Counted from the first letter of the stretch, positions 1 through 12,915 are shown. The stretch is DNA of 64,000 nt from Leucoraja erinacea (GCF_028641065.1 NC_073409.1:10106001-10170000), one strand, 5' to 3'. A program made the numbers and translations. Notes: a model not told the origin generated them from the sequence alone.

Positions 1-375
1 ATAGTCATGAAGAATGCGGTGGCCCAAATAGTCATCTGCCCACGGGTAAAAACTATGAATGGTCATGCATGTTTCTCCTGATTAACAAAGAGGTTCGGTT
101 CTTTAAAAAAAACCTTGGTTTGCAAAAAAATGGCATCAACAGAAGATATTGCAAACATGTCATTTACATGGATGATACCAGTTACCATAATAAGTTACCA
201 TGTAAAGAAAATGTCAGAATATCATCATTCTCTTGCCAATAAGGAAAGGTAAATCTGATGCTGGATTTAACAAGCTGAAAATACAATCCGTAATGTACAA
301 GTCATTCAACCAGGGGCTATTTTTGGCAGATGGAGGAGCATGTATGCTCCAGACAATTTCCATTCCATTTTAAAT

Positions 376-586
376 GGGACGAGAGATGGCGCAATGGGCT
401 AAGTGTTCGGCTGGCGACCGGAAGGTAGCAGGTTCGAATCCCGCCTGGAGTGCATACTGTCGTTGTGTCCTTGAGGCAAGACACGTCACCCACCTTTGCC
501 TGTGTGTGAAATGTAATGTAATTATGTGAAGCACTTTGGGGTCAATGCAAGTTGACTAAAAATGTGCTATATAAATAAGATTATTA
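376..586 (+). mobile_element. tRNA-derived SINE with L2-type 3' tail
   Basis: Pol III A box TGGCGCAATGG (387-397) and B box GGTTCGAATCC (431-441). Central GTGTCCTTGAGGCAAGACAC; tail GTGAAGCACTTTGGGG...GTGCTATATAAATAA. Confidence 0.8.
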
Positions 587-1299
587 AGCTTGTTTATTTC
601 ATCGGTTATTTCCCATTTACCTAACCAAGGAGTTAAGACAACATTTTTCACTGTATTTTGGTGCATGTGAGAATAATAAACCAATACCATGTTATATTTC
701 ACTGGTTTCATGGGCCTGTATTTGAAAAATTAGTCTCCAACTGAACAAAACAAAAACTCTGATCAGTGATTAATTATACAAAGCCTGGTATTTTAGTGAC
801 GATTTGTTCAGTTAATCTGTTCATTAATTGGGAGAGACCTTTCATTTATTAGTTCTAACTGTATGTAACTCAATGTGTTCAAACCCACAGTGTGCTCCTT
901 GTTAGACTCTTGATCATCAGGAGCACATATAATAGTGAGGGAGAATAGATGGGCAGTGCTTAATAGGCGGAAAGCTTGTGAATCTCAGTTGCAATGGTGA
1001 CTTTGGGGCATTAAGATTTCGCGAGAAGAGCATTACATCAACATCTCTGGACCATCAATGGCATTGAATCCACAATAATACTCGGTAGTTATATTAATGT
1101 GCATGCTTATCACAAGAAAATAACATACTTGAACATTCTACTCTGTATGCTTACTAAAATACTCAAAATGTAAACAATTAGAAACACATCTTGGCCCAAA
1201 ATAAATTACAGTCACAGAGTCATACAGATACACAGTACAGAACTGTGCCCTTTGACACATCACTTACATCACAGTCATTCCTTCTTCTATCTTTGTTTA

Positions 1300-1470
1300 A
1301 ATCAGGACATTTTGCTGGTGTAATTTATGTCTCGGAACTTGAAGCTCTCGAACATTTCCATTTCAGCGCCATTGATGCAGACGAGGGTGGGTACTCCACT
1401 CGGCTTCCAATATCAATGGCTAGTTCCTTCATTTTGCTGACATTAAGGAAGAGGTTGTTGTCTTGAAAGC
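1300..1470 (-). mobile_element. Rex1/Babar-like LINE reverse-transcriptase fragment (degenerate)
   Basis: Minus strand gives QDNNLFLNVSKMKELAID...INGAEMEMFESFKF, matching the post-FADD RT segment seen in the copies at 6197 and 28700. Confidence 0.65.
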
Positions 1471-1559
1471 TCTCTTTCTCCTCTCTGTATTACTTCTGTT
1501 CATTGTTCGAGACTGGCCCACTGCACTGTCTATATCTATTGTTTCTCTTTCCCCTGACT

Positions 1560-1692
1560 AGTCAGAAGAAGTGTCTCGACCAGAAACGCCACGTAATCCT
1601 TCTCTCCAGAGATGTTGCCTGTAACAACGTAAGTTACTCCAGCATTTTGTGTCTATCTTTGGTTTAAACCAGCATCTGCAGTTCCTTCCTAC
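1560..1692 (+). mobile_element. Short Penelope-like/hammerhead-core repeat, degenerate copy
   Basis: GTCAGAAGAAGTGTCTCGACCAGAAACG...CTCCAGAGATGTTGCCTG...GTTACTCCAGCATTTTGTGTCTA; same family as 4657 and 12773. Confidence 0.65.
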
Positions 1693-1844
1693 CCACTGCA
1701 CTGGTGTCATCTGAAAACGTAAATGGAATTAGAGCAGAATTCCGTCACAGGAAATCAAATTTATTCAGTCTCTCCTCGTAACTGAAACATTCCATCAGAG
1801 ACAACACTTTTTGTGATTCTCCTCTGCATGCGTTTGGATAACAA

Positions 1845-2600
1845 TGTTGTTAACATGGTTAGTAAGTTTGCAGAAAACATCAAAACTGGTGATACAGTGG
1901 ACAGTGAAGAGGGTTATCTAAGATGATAATAGTATCCAGATGACCTGAGGAATTGGCCCAAAGAATGGAGATGAAATTTAACTCATAAAAATGTGAGATG
2001 CTGCAAATGGCTAAGTTAAATCAGGCAGAACTTGCACATTAAATGATGGGTCCCTCTAATGTATTTCAGAACAGAGAGACATAAGTGTGCAAATACATAG
2101 TTCCATAAATGTGGCAATGCAGGTTGCAGGCATTGAAAAAGATACACTGGCCTTCTTCCATCAAGGAAATATTGCAGGAGTTGGGATGTCACGTACCAAC
2201 TGTACTAGTTGTTTATGAGACCACACTTGGAGTATTGTGCACTGTTCTGGTCACCAAACAGGAATTAAAGTCATTAAGCTGGAAGGGGTAGAAAAAGTTT
2301 CACAAGGATGTTACAAGGACTGGAAGGGCTTGGGTTATAGGATAGGCTGGGACTTTTTTCCCTGGAACATAGGAGACTAAAAGGTGACCTTATAGAGATA
2401 AATATATACCTGTACTGTATAAAATCATAAGGGGTGCAAATAAGGTGGATGGCCATAGTCCTTTTACAAAGGTAGTAGGCACTAAAATTAGAGGAATAGA
2501 TTTAAGGTGAGAAGGAAAAGATTTAAGAGACCTGAGGGACAATGTTTTTCACACAGAGGTGCTGGGTATATGGAACTTGCTGCTAGAGGAAACTGGAGGT
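1845..2600 (+). mobile_element. CR1-clade LINE ORF2 3' fragment (degenerate)
   Basis: AGTAAGTTTGCAGA (SKFA-D motif region), AGGTGACCTTATAGAG and TTTTTCACACAGAG, with many stops and frameshifts. Confidence 0.7.
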
Positions 2601-2789
2601 GGGTTCAAGTTGTACCATAAATATACTTGTTCTTATACTCTTCACGGCAGACCATGAGGCTAATATTCTGCATGCCTTAAAATAAAAAAAATGCTGGAGT
2701 AACTCAATGGGTTAGGCACAATCTCAGGAGAACATGGATAGGTAATGTTTTGGGTAGGGACCCTTCCTTGCATTTTCCTTCCATTTTGT

Positions 2790-3415
2790 ATCTTTAGTTC
2801 AGTTTAGTTCAGAGATACAGCATGGAACCAAGTCTTTCAGCCCACACTGACCATCCATCATCCGTTTACACTAGTTTTATGGTATCTCATTCGCTACAAA
2901 CTAGGGGCAATTTACAGAGGAAAATTAACTTGCATACCTGCACGACTTTGGGATATGGGAGAAAACTGGAGCACCCAGAGTAAATTCACGTGGTCACTGG
3001 AAGAATGTTCCCGATGTTGGGGGAGTCCAGAACCAGGGGCCACAGTTTAAGAATAAGGGGTAAGCCATTTAGAACGGAGACGAGGAAACACTTTTTCTCA
3101 CAGAGAGTTGTGAGTCTGTGGAATTCTCTGCCTCAGAGGGCGGTGGAGGTAGGTTCTCTGGATGCTTTCAAGAGAGAGCTAGATAGGGCTCTTAGAGATA
3201 GCGGAGTGAGGGGTTATGGGGAGAAGGCAGAAACGGGGTACTGATTGGGGATGATCACATTGAATGGCGGTGCTGGCTTGAAGAGCCAAATGGCTTACTC
3301 CTGCACCTATTGTCTATTGTCTATAATGTGCAAACTCCACACAGACAGCATCCAAGATCAGGATCTAACCTGGGTCTCTGGGACTGTGGTGCAACAGCTC
3401 TACCTGCTGTTCCAC
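2790..3415 (-). mobile_element. HE1-like SINE interrupted by a CR1 3' end
   Basis: SINE halves lie at ~2790-3008 and ~3325-3415, with AATGT repeated at both junctions. Confidence 0.65.
3005..3324 (+). mobile_element. CR1 LINE 3' end (ORF2 C-terminus and 3'UTR)
   Basis: ORF SRTRGHSLRIRGKPFRTETRKHFFSQRVVSLWNSLP is the typical CR1 ORF2 C-terminus; tail TATTGTCTATTGTCTAT. Confidence 0.85.
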
Positions 3416-3669
3416 TTTAAAGTCTTTCTTTGGCATAATCAACATCTGTAGTTCCTACTTATTACATTTTGTATGCCTTCACTACCTTCCCTACCTGCCT
3501 CAATGTCCCTCTGTTCTTCATTACCCCCCACGACTACTATTTATTTTGTATGTCCTACCCTAATAGTCCTGTTAAAGTGCGTAACCTCACACTTATCAGG
3601 ATTGATTTTCATCTGCCCTGCCCAGCCCAATTTATCTACTGATCAATATCATATTAAAGACTGAGCTTA

Positions 3670-4125
3670 TGCTCCTTGGATCAAAAATTTGCTTGATAAT
3701 AGGAAGGAAAGGGTGATGGTGCAGGGTTGTTTTTGTGATCGGAAGCATGTACCAAGTGAATTGATGCTGGAGCTGCTAATATTTGTTAATACATTCATAA
3801 TTTAGATATGAATGTCGGAGAAATTATTTGCAAGTTTGCAGATGACACATAAATTGGTAGTGATTTTGATTGTGTGAAGGATAGTCTTAAGATGCAGAAT
3901 GCTAGTATAATGCTCAGTTGGTAAGATGATCAGAGCAATAGCAGATGGAATTTAGTTTGTGAACGTGCCTTGGATCCCATGGGCTCTAACCTTTTGGACC
4001 AGTGTTTCATCTGAGACCCTGTGAAAGGCCTTTGTGAGATCTATGTGCACATCATCAATTGTGCTGCCCTCATCAATACATTCTGCTACCTTTACAAAAC
4101 ACTCAATGAAATTGGTCAGACAGGG
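3670..4125. mobile_element. CR1 RT fragments in inverted arrangement (+ then -)
   Basis: The + segment carries CAAGTTTGCAGATGACAC (KFADD). The - segment encodes CLTNFIECF...IDLTKAFHRV...KVRAHGIQG. Confidence 0.65.
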
Positions 4126-4656
4126 TCCCCCTCCCCCATAATCACAACCATCATCAGATAGATTTACATTGAATGAAGCTACAGGTGTGTAAAACAGTGA
4201 TGTTTTTGTTTGACAGGAGGAGACCAACTACATACGTCTTGCCAAGTAACTAACAAACAAAAGATGTTGGATACTATGATTTATGTATGGATAATATTTG
4301 CTGCTAGAAATAAGAAAATACAAACTGTACTGTATTACACTATCAGGTTAATGAGGACAGACTGTGGGCAGATTGGCACCGGGCAAGCACATTGCACAAA
4401 AAGAACTCTGCAAGGCTTAATTACTGTTTGTGTGTCAGTTAGTTTTGCATGTTAGTTAGTTTAATTTTAAACTAGATTTAATATGGACAAAATCTCGGGC
4501 TTTGTGTTGATGCCTGCCTGCCTGTGATAGATTAGTAAAATACTATGAATGATACATCTATGGTCTCTGGTGTAATTGGTTTGAAAGTGATGAGTATAAC
4601 AAATGGAAAAATGTAGATTACAGGTAATGAGAAATGTTGACATTTAATCAAGCTGT

Positions 4657-4749
4657 CTGAAGGAGGGTCTCGAACCGAAACGTCACCTATTCCTTCGCTA
4701 CATAGATGCTGCCTCACCCGCTGAGTTTCTCCAGCATTTTTTATCTACC
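4657..4749 (+). mobile_element. Short Penelope-like/hammerhead-core repeat with 14-bp TSD
   Basis: CTGAAGGAGGGTCTCGAACCGAAACGTC..., flanked by direct repeat TTTAATCAAGCTGT (4643-4656 and 4750-4763). Confidence 0.75.
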
Positions 4750-6099
4750 TTTAATCAAGCTGTTGTTAGTATATTGTGATTATCTGTAAAACAACCAGAT
4801 AATTAATTTTGAGATGAGTAAAATAAGTTATTTTTCACCACTTATTTCTGAAGATATGTTAAATTTTCTTTTTTTTAAATTTTATATTACAGTATAATTT
4901 ATGTTGCAGATGGTAATTATCTTTACAATTCAATCACCACAATGTAATCATTCTGTAAATTTCCTTACTGAAGAGCTTGAACTTTACTGCATCCTGTTTG
5001 CACTGTGATAAGCATACAATAGATGCGACCAAGTGGATAACTCTGCCGGTCCTCAGTTCCAGCTAGGAAACAATGCTCGTGCTGCATTTGTATGTTACAG
5101 ACCTTGATATTGAGTGCAAATACTGTATTGACACTATGAACAGAGAAAGGGTACAGCAGTAGGGCTTGAGCATTTTGTTTTTACTATGTGGACCAAAAGG
5201 GTTTTAGAGTAAATTTTACCAATGCAATGTCCCCGCAGTGGAATTCGACCCATAACTTTTTACTGAGGCAAGCATGCTACTAACAACCTTAACTCCTTGT
5301 CATTGGGATTAATCTGTGAAAGATATTATAATTGCGTTTTGCATCAACGTGTTGTTGTTTTGCAGTCTTTTTCCTTTTTACTCTCTTGTCGAATGTTTTG
5401 TGTACTTTGTGTATAATTAATGTTTCTGTGTGTTTAATTTGAGTCTATACTTGTGATTTCACTACAAGCATGATTTTCAATGTACCTGTACCTCACCGTA
5501 CTGTACATTTGACAATAAACTCAACATGACTTGAACACTAATTCAAAGCCATGATTTGCTTTGTCTGCAGTCAAGTCAAGTCAAGTCAAGTTTATTTGTC
5601 ACATACACATACGAGATGTGCAGTGAAATGAAAGAAATGAAAGTCTACCCTATCTATATCACTCATAACTTCATATAACTCACTGATTTCCTATTTGAAC
5701 TACTACTGCCCCTAAACTGCACCGCTCTCTTTACCTGGCTCCCATTGCAGCCAGGGATATATCCCATCTAGCCCTGGAGATTTATCCACCATATAGCGCA
5801 TTAAAGCATTGAGTAAATCATTTTTATTTGTGGAGACTTGTGCCACAATTTAACCTACCCTTTCACTGAATTCTACAGCTACAAAGTTAATTTCTTTTGT
5901 GAACATTATTCATTTCAGATCTTGCCTACACCTTCTGGTTTCACACACAGATTACCCCTGTTGTCCCTAATGCTCCTACTTTTACCCTGGCTACCTGATC
6001 TACCCTACTCCTGTATAACATTGCTGTTTCTAGAGTCATTGTTACCTGTAAATTTAGCTGCCTGCTGAATACAGAGGTGGAGTCAACAACTTTGTTGAG

Positions 6100-6197
6100 T
6101 GGGTACACAAAAAATCTGGAGAAACTCAGCGGGTGCAGCAGCATCTATGGAGCGAAGGAAATAGGCAACGATTTGGGCCAAAACCCTTCTTCAGACT
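6100..6197 (-). mobile_element. Short Penelope-like/hammerhead-core repeat
   Basis: Reverse-complement copy CTGGAGAAACTCAGCGGGTGCAGCAGCATC...ACCCTTCTTCAGACT. Confidence 0.7.
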
Positions 6198-6975
6198 TTG
6201 TTGAGTGGTGTGGGCTGAATCACCTGCAGCTCAACACCGACAAGAATAAGGAATTATTGGTGGACTTTAGGAGGAGAGGAACACCCCTGTCCCCTGCCTC
6301 CATCAATGGTGTGGGTGTGAATTTTACCAAGGAGTACAAATACCTTGGAGTGTACCTGGACAGTAAACTGGACTGGTCCAGGAACCCTGAGGCCTGTACA
6401 AGAATGGACAGAGCCGGTTGTACTTTTTGAGAAGGCTCCGCTCCTTCAAAGTCTGCAGCAAGATGCTGTAGATGTTCTACAAATCGGTGGTAGCCATCTT
6501 CTTCGCTGTTGTGTGCTGGGGCAGCAGAGCGAAAGCCGCGGACACCAACAGGATTAACAAACTCATCAGGAAGGCTGGCTTCGTCCAGGGGGTGGAGTTG
6601 GATTCATGGGAGGTGCTCTTGGAGGGGAGGATGCTCCTCAAACTGCGGAGCATCTTGTACAATACAGCTCACCCCCTCCATGATACACTAGTCACAATCC
6701 GAGGAGTACCTTGAGCAACAGACTGATTCCACCAAGATGCAGTACAGAACGCCACAGGAGATCCTTCTTCACAGTGGCTATCAAAATCCTCCCTCTTCTG
6801 TCCTGGGGTAGACTGACGCCCCTTCCCCTCTTTCCCCTCCCAAAATATTTGTACATCCCCAATCTTTTCCACTCGTCACTTTAATTTTATGTGATGTATC
6901 TTCTTGTATTTTCATGACTGTTGGCAGATCAATTTCCATCCTGGGATAAATAAAGTTCTATAGTATCGTATCGTA
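6197..6975 (+). mobile_element. Rex1/Babar-like LINE 3' portion
   Basis: FVEWCGLNHLQLNTDKNKELLVDFRR...YKYLGVYLDSKLDWS, then MFYKSVVA...WG and HPLH. Ends AATAAAGTTCTATAGTATCGTATCGTA. Confidence 0.85.
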
Positions 6976-7084
6976 CATTTAAAAACATGTGATTAATTGT
7001 CTCTCTCTTCAATAACGTGCTATAATACACCCCCTTGCCTTGTCTGAGTCAGTGATGAGGGTCCACAGTAAACTCTCTCCATCA

Positions 7085-7195
7085 CTCCAGCAACAGCAAA
7101 CTTGTCCCGGAAGTACAATTCAAGCAACAACCGGACGTGCTGGTCCCTAGCAACCGAAGCCGCATCCTAGCAACGGGCGGGCGGCCACGGGTAAA
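7085..7195 (+). promoter_or_regulatory. DNAAF4 proximal promoter: RFX X-box-like sites and ETS motif
   Basis: CpG-rich patch with CCGGAAGT (7107-7114) and two CCTAGCAAC RFX-type half-sites (7146-7154, 7166-7174) directly upstream of the ATG. Confidence 0.6.
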
Positions 7196-7318
7196 ATGCC
7201 GGTGCTGGTCAAGGATTACACCTGGGAGCAGGCGGAGTCCCAGGTCTTTATCACCGTGCCGCTGAAGGGCGTCGTTGCCGGGAAAGCGGACATCTTCTGT
7301 GCGGAAGATTATTTAAAG
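7196..7318 (+). CDS. DNAAF4: DNAAF4/DYX1C1 coding exon 1 (CS/p23-like domain start)
   Basis: ATG at 7196; MPVLVKDYTWEQAESQVFITVPLKGVVAGKADIFCAEDYLK; donor GTGAGG at 7319; 123 nt. Confidence 0.93.
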
Positions 7319-9615
7319 GTGAGGGGAGGCACACTGAAGGAAACTGCCGGCGGCAGATAGGGTTGCAGGGAGGGGGAGGGGGAGGGGGTTGGAGGGGCGT
7401 CTTGAGGAGGATGGAGAGGGGGAGAGGAAGGAAGGAGACAATGATTTGGAGAGAGGGAGGCGAAGGGAACAAGGGGGACAGATCAACGAGGAGGAGGGGG
7501 AGGGAGCTGAACGAGGGCAGAGTTTGGACATTCAGTATACTCAAAGGCTGATCTTTTACCTCTTTTACCATAAATATATATTTATATTTATACATTCAGT
7601 CTTGCACTATATATCCCCACATACCACTGACATATATTAAATCATGCCACATTCCATTAATATCCGTCTTGAATATTCTCAATGATTTAGATTAGTTTGT
7701 TAGAGGATATGGGCCATACATGGGCAAACGAGACTAGCTTAGATGAGGTATTTGCATGAGCATGCATGAGTTAGGCTGAAGGGCCTATTTTTGTGGTGTA
7801 TGACTATCAGCAGCAGTAGCCTGGAATGGTCTTGAGGATAATGTGAGATTCACTCATCCTCACAGGCAAAGAGGTTGGGCAACACAATGGCAGTTAAGTG
7901 GGCTGATGCCTCACAGCAGCAGCATTCTTTGTGCAATTCTAACCCCAGTGCTGTCTGTATAGAGTTTTCGTATTCATCCTGTGACCACGTGGGTTGCCTC
8001 CAGGTGCTCCAGTTTCCTCAAAAGATGTTTGGTAGATTAATTGGTCACTGTAGATTGCTCCTAATGTGTAAGCGAGTGGTAGAATATGGGGAGAGTTGAT
8101 CAGAATATATGGAGGAAAATTTCAAGGAAAAGTAACAGTACAATGTGATTGGTCTGTGAGCCTGTGTGGACTTGATTAGCAAAATTACCTCTTTCATAAA
8201 GAAATGTAGAGCGTCAAGGTATGCACGTGAGATAATGGTGGAGGATTGCCGGAAGTTATAGATTTCCCATGTCTGGACACCACACATATCATGTGATCCT
8301 TACAAACTTCTACGGATGCACCATAAACGGCTCTGCCCAAGACCATAAGAAATTGTAGAAAGTTGAAGATGTAGCCCATTCCATCACACTGACAAAAATG
8401 CCTCTTTCCCCCCTCCCCAGTCTTGAAAGTGGGAACTACCAGACTCGCGAGTAGTTTCTTCCACTCTTTTATCAGGCTTCTAAATGGCCCCCATCAGCTA
8501 GGCTATTGTCCAATTCACCTCCAACCCGTTGCAGACATTGTCTATGGTACTGGTTTGCTACGTTCTGAGAACTACATTCTGCACTGTGTATCATCCCCTT
8601 TATTCCACCTATTATACTTGAGTTTGACTCGATTGTATTTATGTATTTATTTATCTGATTTGATTAGATAGCTTGTAAAATAAAGCATTTTACTGTACCT
8701 TGGTTTACATGACAATAAACCAAAACCTAAAATCTCAAGTGATGTGAAAGAGTGCAGTTTTGAGTTTTGACCTCTAGATGGCACATTCTCAGGGAATGAG
8801 GTTTTAAAACCATGTTCTGTGAGTAAATAAGAACCAGTGAGTTTGAACATTTCACAGGCGATAGAGACATTTTTCATACTGCTCTATTGTTGATGCCATC
8901 TGTGGAATTCTATGGTGAAAAACGTGCTAGGATAAACGGAAATCTCGTGAAAAAAAAATCAGATGTCAATTTTTCTTTTAGTGGGTACTAAAATACCCTG
9001 GCATGTTTATAAAACTGCTCAGTTCTGGATTAAGGTAACTTTTCAATCACACGGCACTACTTTGTGGAGTTGTACAAAGAACTTGAACAGCAAAAAAATT
9101 CTCAGCCCATGTCCTTGCACTGTGGTTAATATAAATCATTTTGAATGTTCAGGCCAGTGGATATTTGGAAGTCACTTGAGGAAATGCGATTCCTCCTAAT
9201 GGATAAATCAGACCAATTCATAACGAGTTGGTCTCCACATGGTAATATTATCACACTGGACGCAAACTATTTTCGTTTTCAGACTCGTTTTCTTTCTTCA
9301 AACACTATGTTGTAACAAAAAAAAAAAAAGAAGTTGTACATAAAATGTATTATGAAAATATATATTAGGCACTTTGGTGCCATATGACTGTGCTTACTTC
9401 TAATAAAATATTTAAAAAAATAAAATAAAAAAAAGATTTTTTTTGCAGATTTTGACAAAATATTTGAGAGATTTGGTATTTACACCTGCAAATCGTTTCA
9501 GAAATTTGTTCATTGATTTTGACAAAAATTAGAGATTTGATTTACAATGTTCATTTGTTCATTGGACATCTGTATGTGCCTGCAGGTAGTGATTTTTTAA
9601 AAATTATTTCAAAAG

Positions 9616-9763
9616 GTGAACTTCCCTCCATTTCTCTTTGAAGTGCTGTTATTTGCTTCTATTGATGAATCAAAAAGCTCAGCTAAAGTTGGCAATGGTG
9701 TTGTCATTTTCACCTTGTACAAAAAAGAATCTACAATGTGGGAACAACTTACAACAGTTGAAG
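9616..9763 (+). CDS. DNAAF4: DNAAF4 coding exon 2
   Basis: AG|[45 protein letters not shown]|GTGAG; 148 nt. Confidence 0.93.
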
Positions 9764-9809
9764 GTGAGGGGAGTATTAACTATTTTTCTTTGTACATAAA
9801 AAATAAAAC

Positions 9810-10290
9810 AGTACAACATGGGAAGGCCTTTGCCTCACAATGACCGTGTCCAAAATGATGCCAGTTTAAATTAACCTCCTCTGCCTGTACATGATCCATA
9901 TCCCTCCATTCCCTGCTTAGCCATGTGCCTATCTAAAAGTCTCTTAAACACCACTATCATGTCTGCCTCCACCACCGCGCCTGGCAGCACATTACAGACG
10001 ACCACCTCTCCCTATCTGTGTGAAACAAAACTTGCCCCACATATCTTTAAACTTTCCCCCTTTCACCTATGCCCTCTAGTCTTTGAAGCAAGATTTTAAC
10101 TGTGTAATCTATCTATACCTCTCATGATGTTATATACTCTATCTGGCCTCCTCTCAGCCTCCAATGCTCCAAGTTTGTCCAACCTCTCTTTGTACCTTAT
10201 AGCCAAGAGTCAAGAGTGTTTTATTGTCATATGCCGATAATAAATATTACTTGCTGCAGCCTCTAATACCCTCTAATCCAAGTAGCATGT
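9810..10290 (-). mobile_element. CR1 LINE 3' fragment
   Basis: Reverse-complement CR1 3' motifs (CCATATCCCTCCATTCCCTGC, CTCTTAAAC, CCTGGCAGCACATT). Confidence 0.6.
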
Positions 10291-10385
10291 AGACTTCAGA
10301 TGAAAATAAATTTGTGTGAAACACAAAAGCTGTGTTGATTATTAAACCCTGGTAACTGTGAATCATTTTGACTTTGCTTTGATAG

Positions 10386-10519
10386 TTGATAAGGAAAAGT
10401 TGCGAGAAAAGCGGGAGCGAGCCATTCTTTCTGCTCAAGAGAAGGCACAAGACGCTGTAAAAGAAAAAGCAGTTAAAAAGCGAGAAAATGAGAAGTACTC
10501 ATTGGAAAAGATGATGAAG
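10386..10519 (+). CDS. DNAAF4: DNAAF4 coding exon 3 (coiled coil)
   Basis: TAG|..DKEKLREKRERAILSAQEKAQ...YSLEKMMK|GT; 134 nt, phase-consistent. Confidence 0.92.
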
Positions 10520-11577
10520 GTGATATTGTTGAACATGTCGAATATTTTTTTTTCCCCATTATCGACAGGTACATTGATGCACAAGAGGTCAGTCAATAAA
10601 TTTGTACGAACTACTCGTTTCAATAAAATTCAAATAAAACATGAAATTTAGCAAACACAAATAGTAACGCTTTAAGTGTACTACTCAAGATGGTTGGCCA
10701 CAAAGTAGATCTGTAATATAGAAAGCTGAGAAAAACAAATCCATTCTGCCACCTAAAAATTTCACACATTTTCTGTTCTAGTTATACCTTGTCATATACC
10801 TTGTCATATAACAGTAGGTTAAGAAAATATAAAATTAAAAAAATTGTAGTTTAAAGTGGTACCAATGCTACTAACCTGGTTCAGCTGTGGAAGATGCCAG
10901 TTCAAACAGCACAATAAAATGACTTAAAAGAAGGTAAATGAAACTATGATGCAATTGTGACAACGACACTTTTTGTCCGGTTTTGTTGATGGTATTGTTA
11001 GAAAAATGACTACCTAATCAAAACGTAACTGGAAGCAAATGACAGGCAGCTGGATTTCCAGATTCTATCAAAACTTTGCTCACAGTTGTCTGATTGTTTC
11101 CAGCATTTTCTGATTTTATTGCACTTACTGTTTTAATTGCTGCATTTCCCTGTGTTTAAATTGATCAAAACTGAAAACTCTGATCACTTTATAAAGGAGA
11201 AAAATGCAGCTATTTATTGTTCCCAGTCCAGCCAGTCTTTCTACCATGTCTCCACACAATTGATCTGCATCCACAAAAGTCAGCAATAATATATTGTGGC
11301 TGTGGGCTTCTTGTGGTGCATGCAGATGAAAAAGGCTCTTGTTCGAATTTCACTGTACCTTAATTGGTGTCTGTGACAATAAACTGATCTAGATGCTAGA
11401 TGCATCTAAACTTTATTTCAAAATTAAAGAAATGTTATTTGTTGTCAGATGAAACTCAATTTTAACTTTGAATGTGCATTTTAAGTCCATGGGATGGTTG
11501 CAAAACATAGAAAATTGTGATTGGATGCCTATATAAAATTGCGTTAAGAATTATGCATTTGTGCTAAAACGTTACAG

Positions 11578-11830
11578 ATAGAGGACAAGAATAGAGAACA
11601 GATTGAAGAATTGAAAAGACAAGAGCAAAGAAAAGCCACTGAAGAATTAGAAAAGTGGAAACTTCAGAAGTGTGAAGAAGAGGAACTAAAGAGAAAAGTG
11701 GAACTAAAGAGAAAGGAGGAAATAAGGATTGCAAGGCAAATAGCTGAGGCAGAACAAAAGAAGAAGAAAAGCGAAAATAAAGTACAAAATTCTGCCTCTC
11801 AAGCACCACACAAGCACTCTCTCAAAGGAG
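11578..11830 (+). CDS. DNAAF4: DNAAF4 coding exon 4 (charged coiled coil)
   Basis: CAG|IEDKNREQIEELKRQEQRKATEELEKWK...|GTAAG; 253 nt. Confidence 0.9.
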
Positions 11831-12359
11831 GTAAGCCTATTTCATATCAATGATAAATACAGAGGCAATCTAAGTTCTTAACCAGATTGCTGGCTGTTGA
11901 GTTTGCCTCTTCCACAGAGAATCAATAAAAATAATTTAAAATGTTTTTTTCTTTTCTCAAAACCACTAATAAAAGATGTTCCCTATGAGCAGTAAAGTGA
12001 TCTAATCCACATTTAGTTTCCCCAGTGTTAGGAAGTCTACATCACGAGGAGATTTACAAGTAAAAGGTTTACATCATTGTGAGGTTTACAAGTAAAAAGT
12101 TCCTTCAAGTGAAAATAATTTCAGGCCCCTGGATGTTGTAAATAGAGAATGTAAACGGATAGATGTTGCATTACACAAGAAAGTGCCATGTGTAGGACAA
12201 TGGTTATTAGCTGAGAAGAAATAGGAGTAAAGGGGGGGAGTAGGGCAAGGGGGTAACGATCTGAACATCCGAAGCAGGGGCTCTCCCCACCCCCCCCCCC
12301 TCCCCCCCCTCCTGCTTCCCCAACTCCCCTCTTCCCCCTCTCCCCCCCCCCCCATCTAC

Positions 12360-12915
12360 ATCCACAGACTCTAAGCACAAATTCCTTCTTTTATACTTGA
12401 GCATTCCTACCTTCCCCCCGATTACCCTCTTGTGCCTGAAATAGATCCAAAGAGCTTTGTGATTTTCTTTAATCAGACTTGCCAAAGCTAATTCATGGCC
12501 CCTTTTGGCCCTTCAAATCAGCCGCTTAAGTTATTTCCTCCTTTCTTTACATTCCTCAAAGGTCCTATCTGATTCCATCCTCTTCCTTTCAAGTGCTTCC
12601 TTTTTCTTTGGTTATCCAAGGTTTCCTTACTTTGCCATCCTTTTCCCTCCTCCTTACTGAAACATGTTTGTTCTGAATGTCAATGAACTGGCCTTTAAAT
12701 GACTTCCACGTGCCAAATGTGGACTTGCCCAATAATAACTGCGCCCAGTGTATGCTCCCTAACTCCTGCATAGTCTGAAGAAGGGTCACGACCCGAAACG
12801 TCACCCATTCCTTCTCTCCTGAGATGTTGCCTGACCAGCTGAGTTACTCCAGCATTTTGTGTCTACCTGCATAACAATGTTGTAGTTTGCCTTGTTCCAA
12901 TTTATTTCTTCCTGC
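12360..12915 (-). mobile_element. CR1 LINE ORF2 fragment interrupted by a short repeat
   Basis: Minus-strand ORFs MASLIKENHKALWIYFRHKR and KVRKPWIT are typical of the CR1 ORF2 region between endonuclease and RT. Confidence 0.65.
12773..12865 (+). mobile_element. Short Penelope-like/hammerhead-core repeat with 8-bp TSD (best-preserved core)
   Basis: CTGAAGA-A-GGGTC-AC-GACCC-GAAA-CGTC (12775-12802); TSD CCTGCATA at 12765-12772 and 12866-12873. Confidence 0.75.

Noticed and set aside
376-450. Possible tRNA gene
   Set aside because: The A/B boxes continue into a SINE body and LINE-like tail, and no full cloverleaf is evident.
4200-4455. Acceptor-like TTTTTGTTTGACAG followed by an 81-aa ORF, a possible exon of an upstream gene such as PYGO1
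   Set aside because: There is no recognisable protein similarity and no partner exons.
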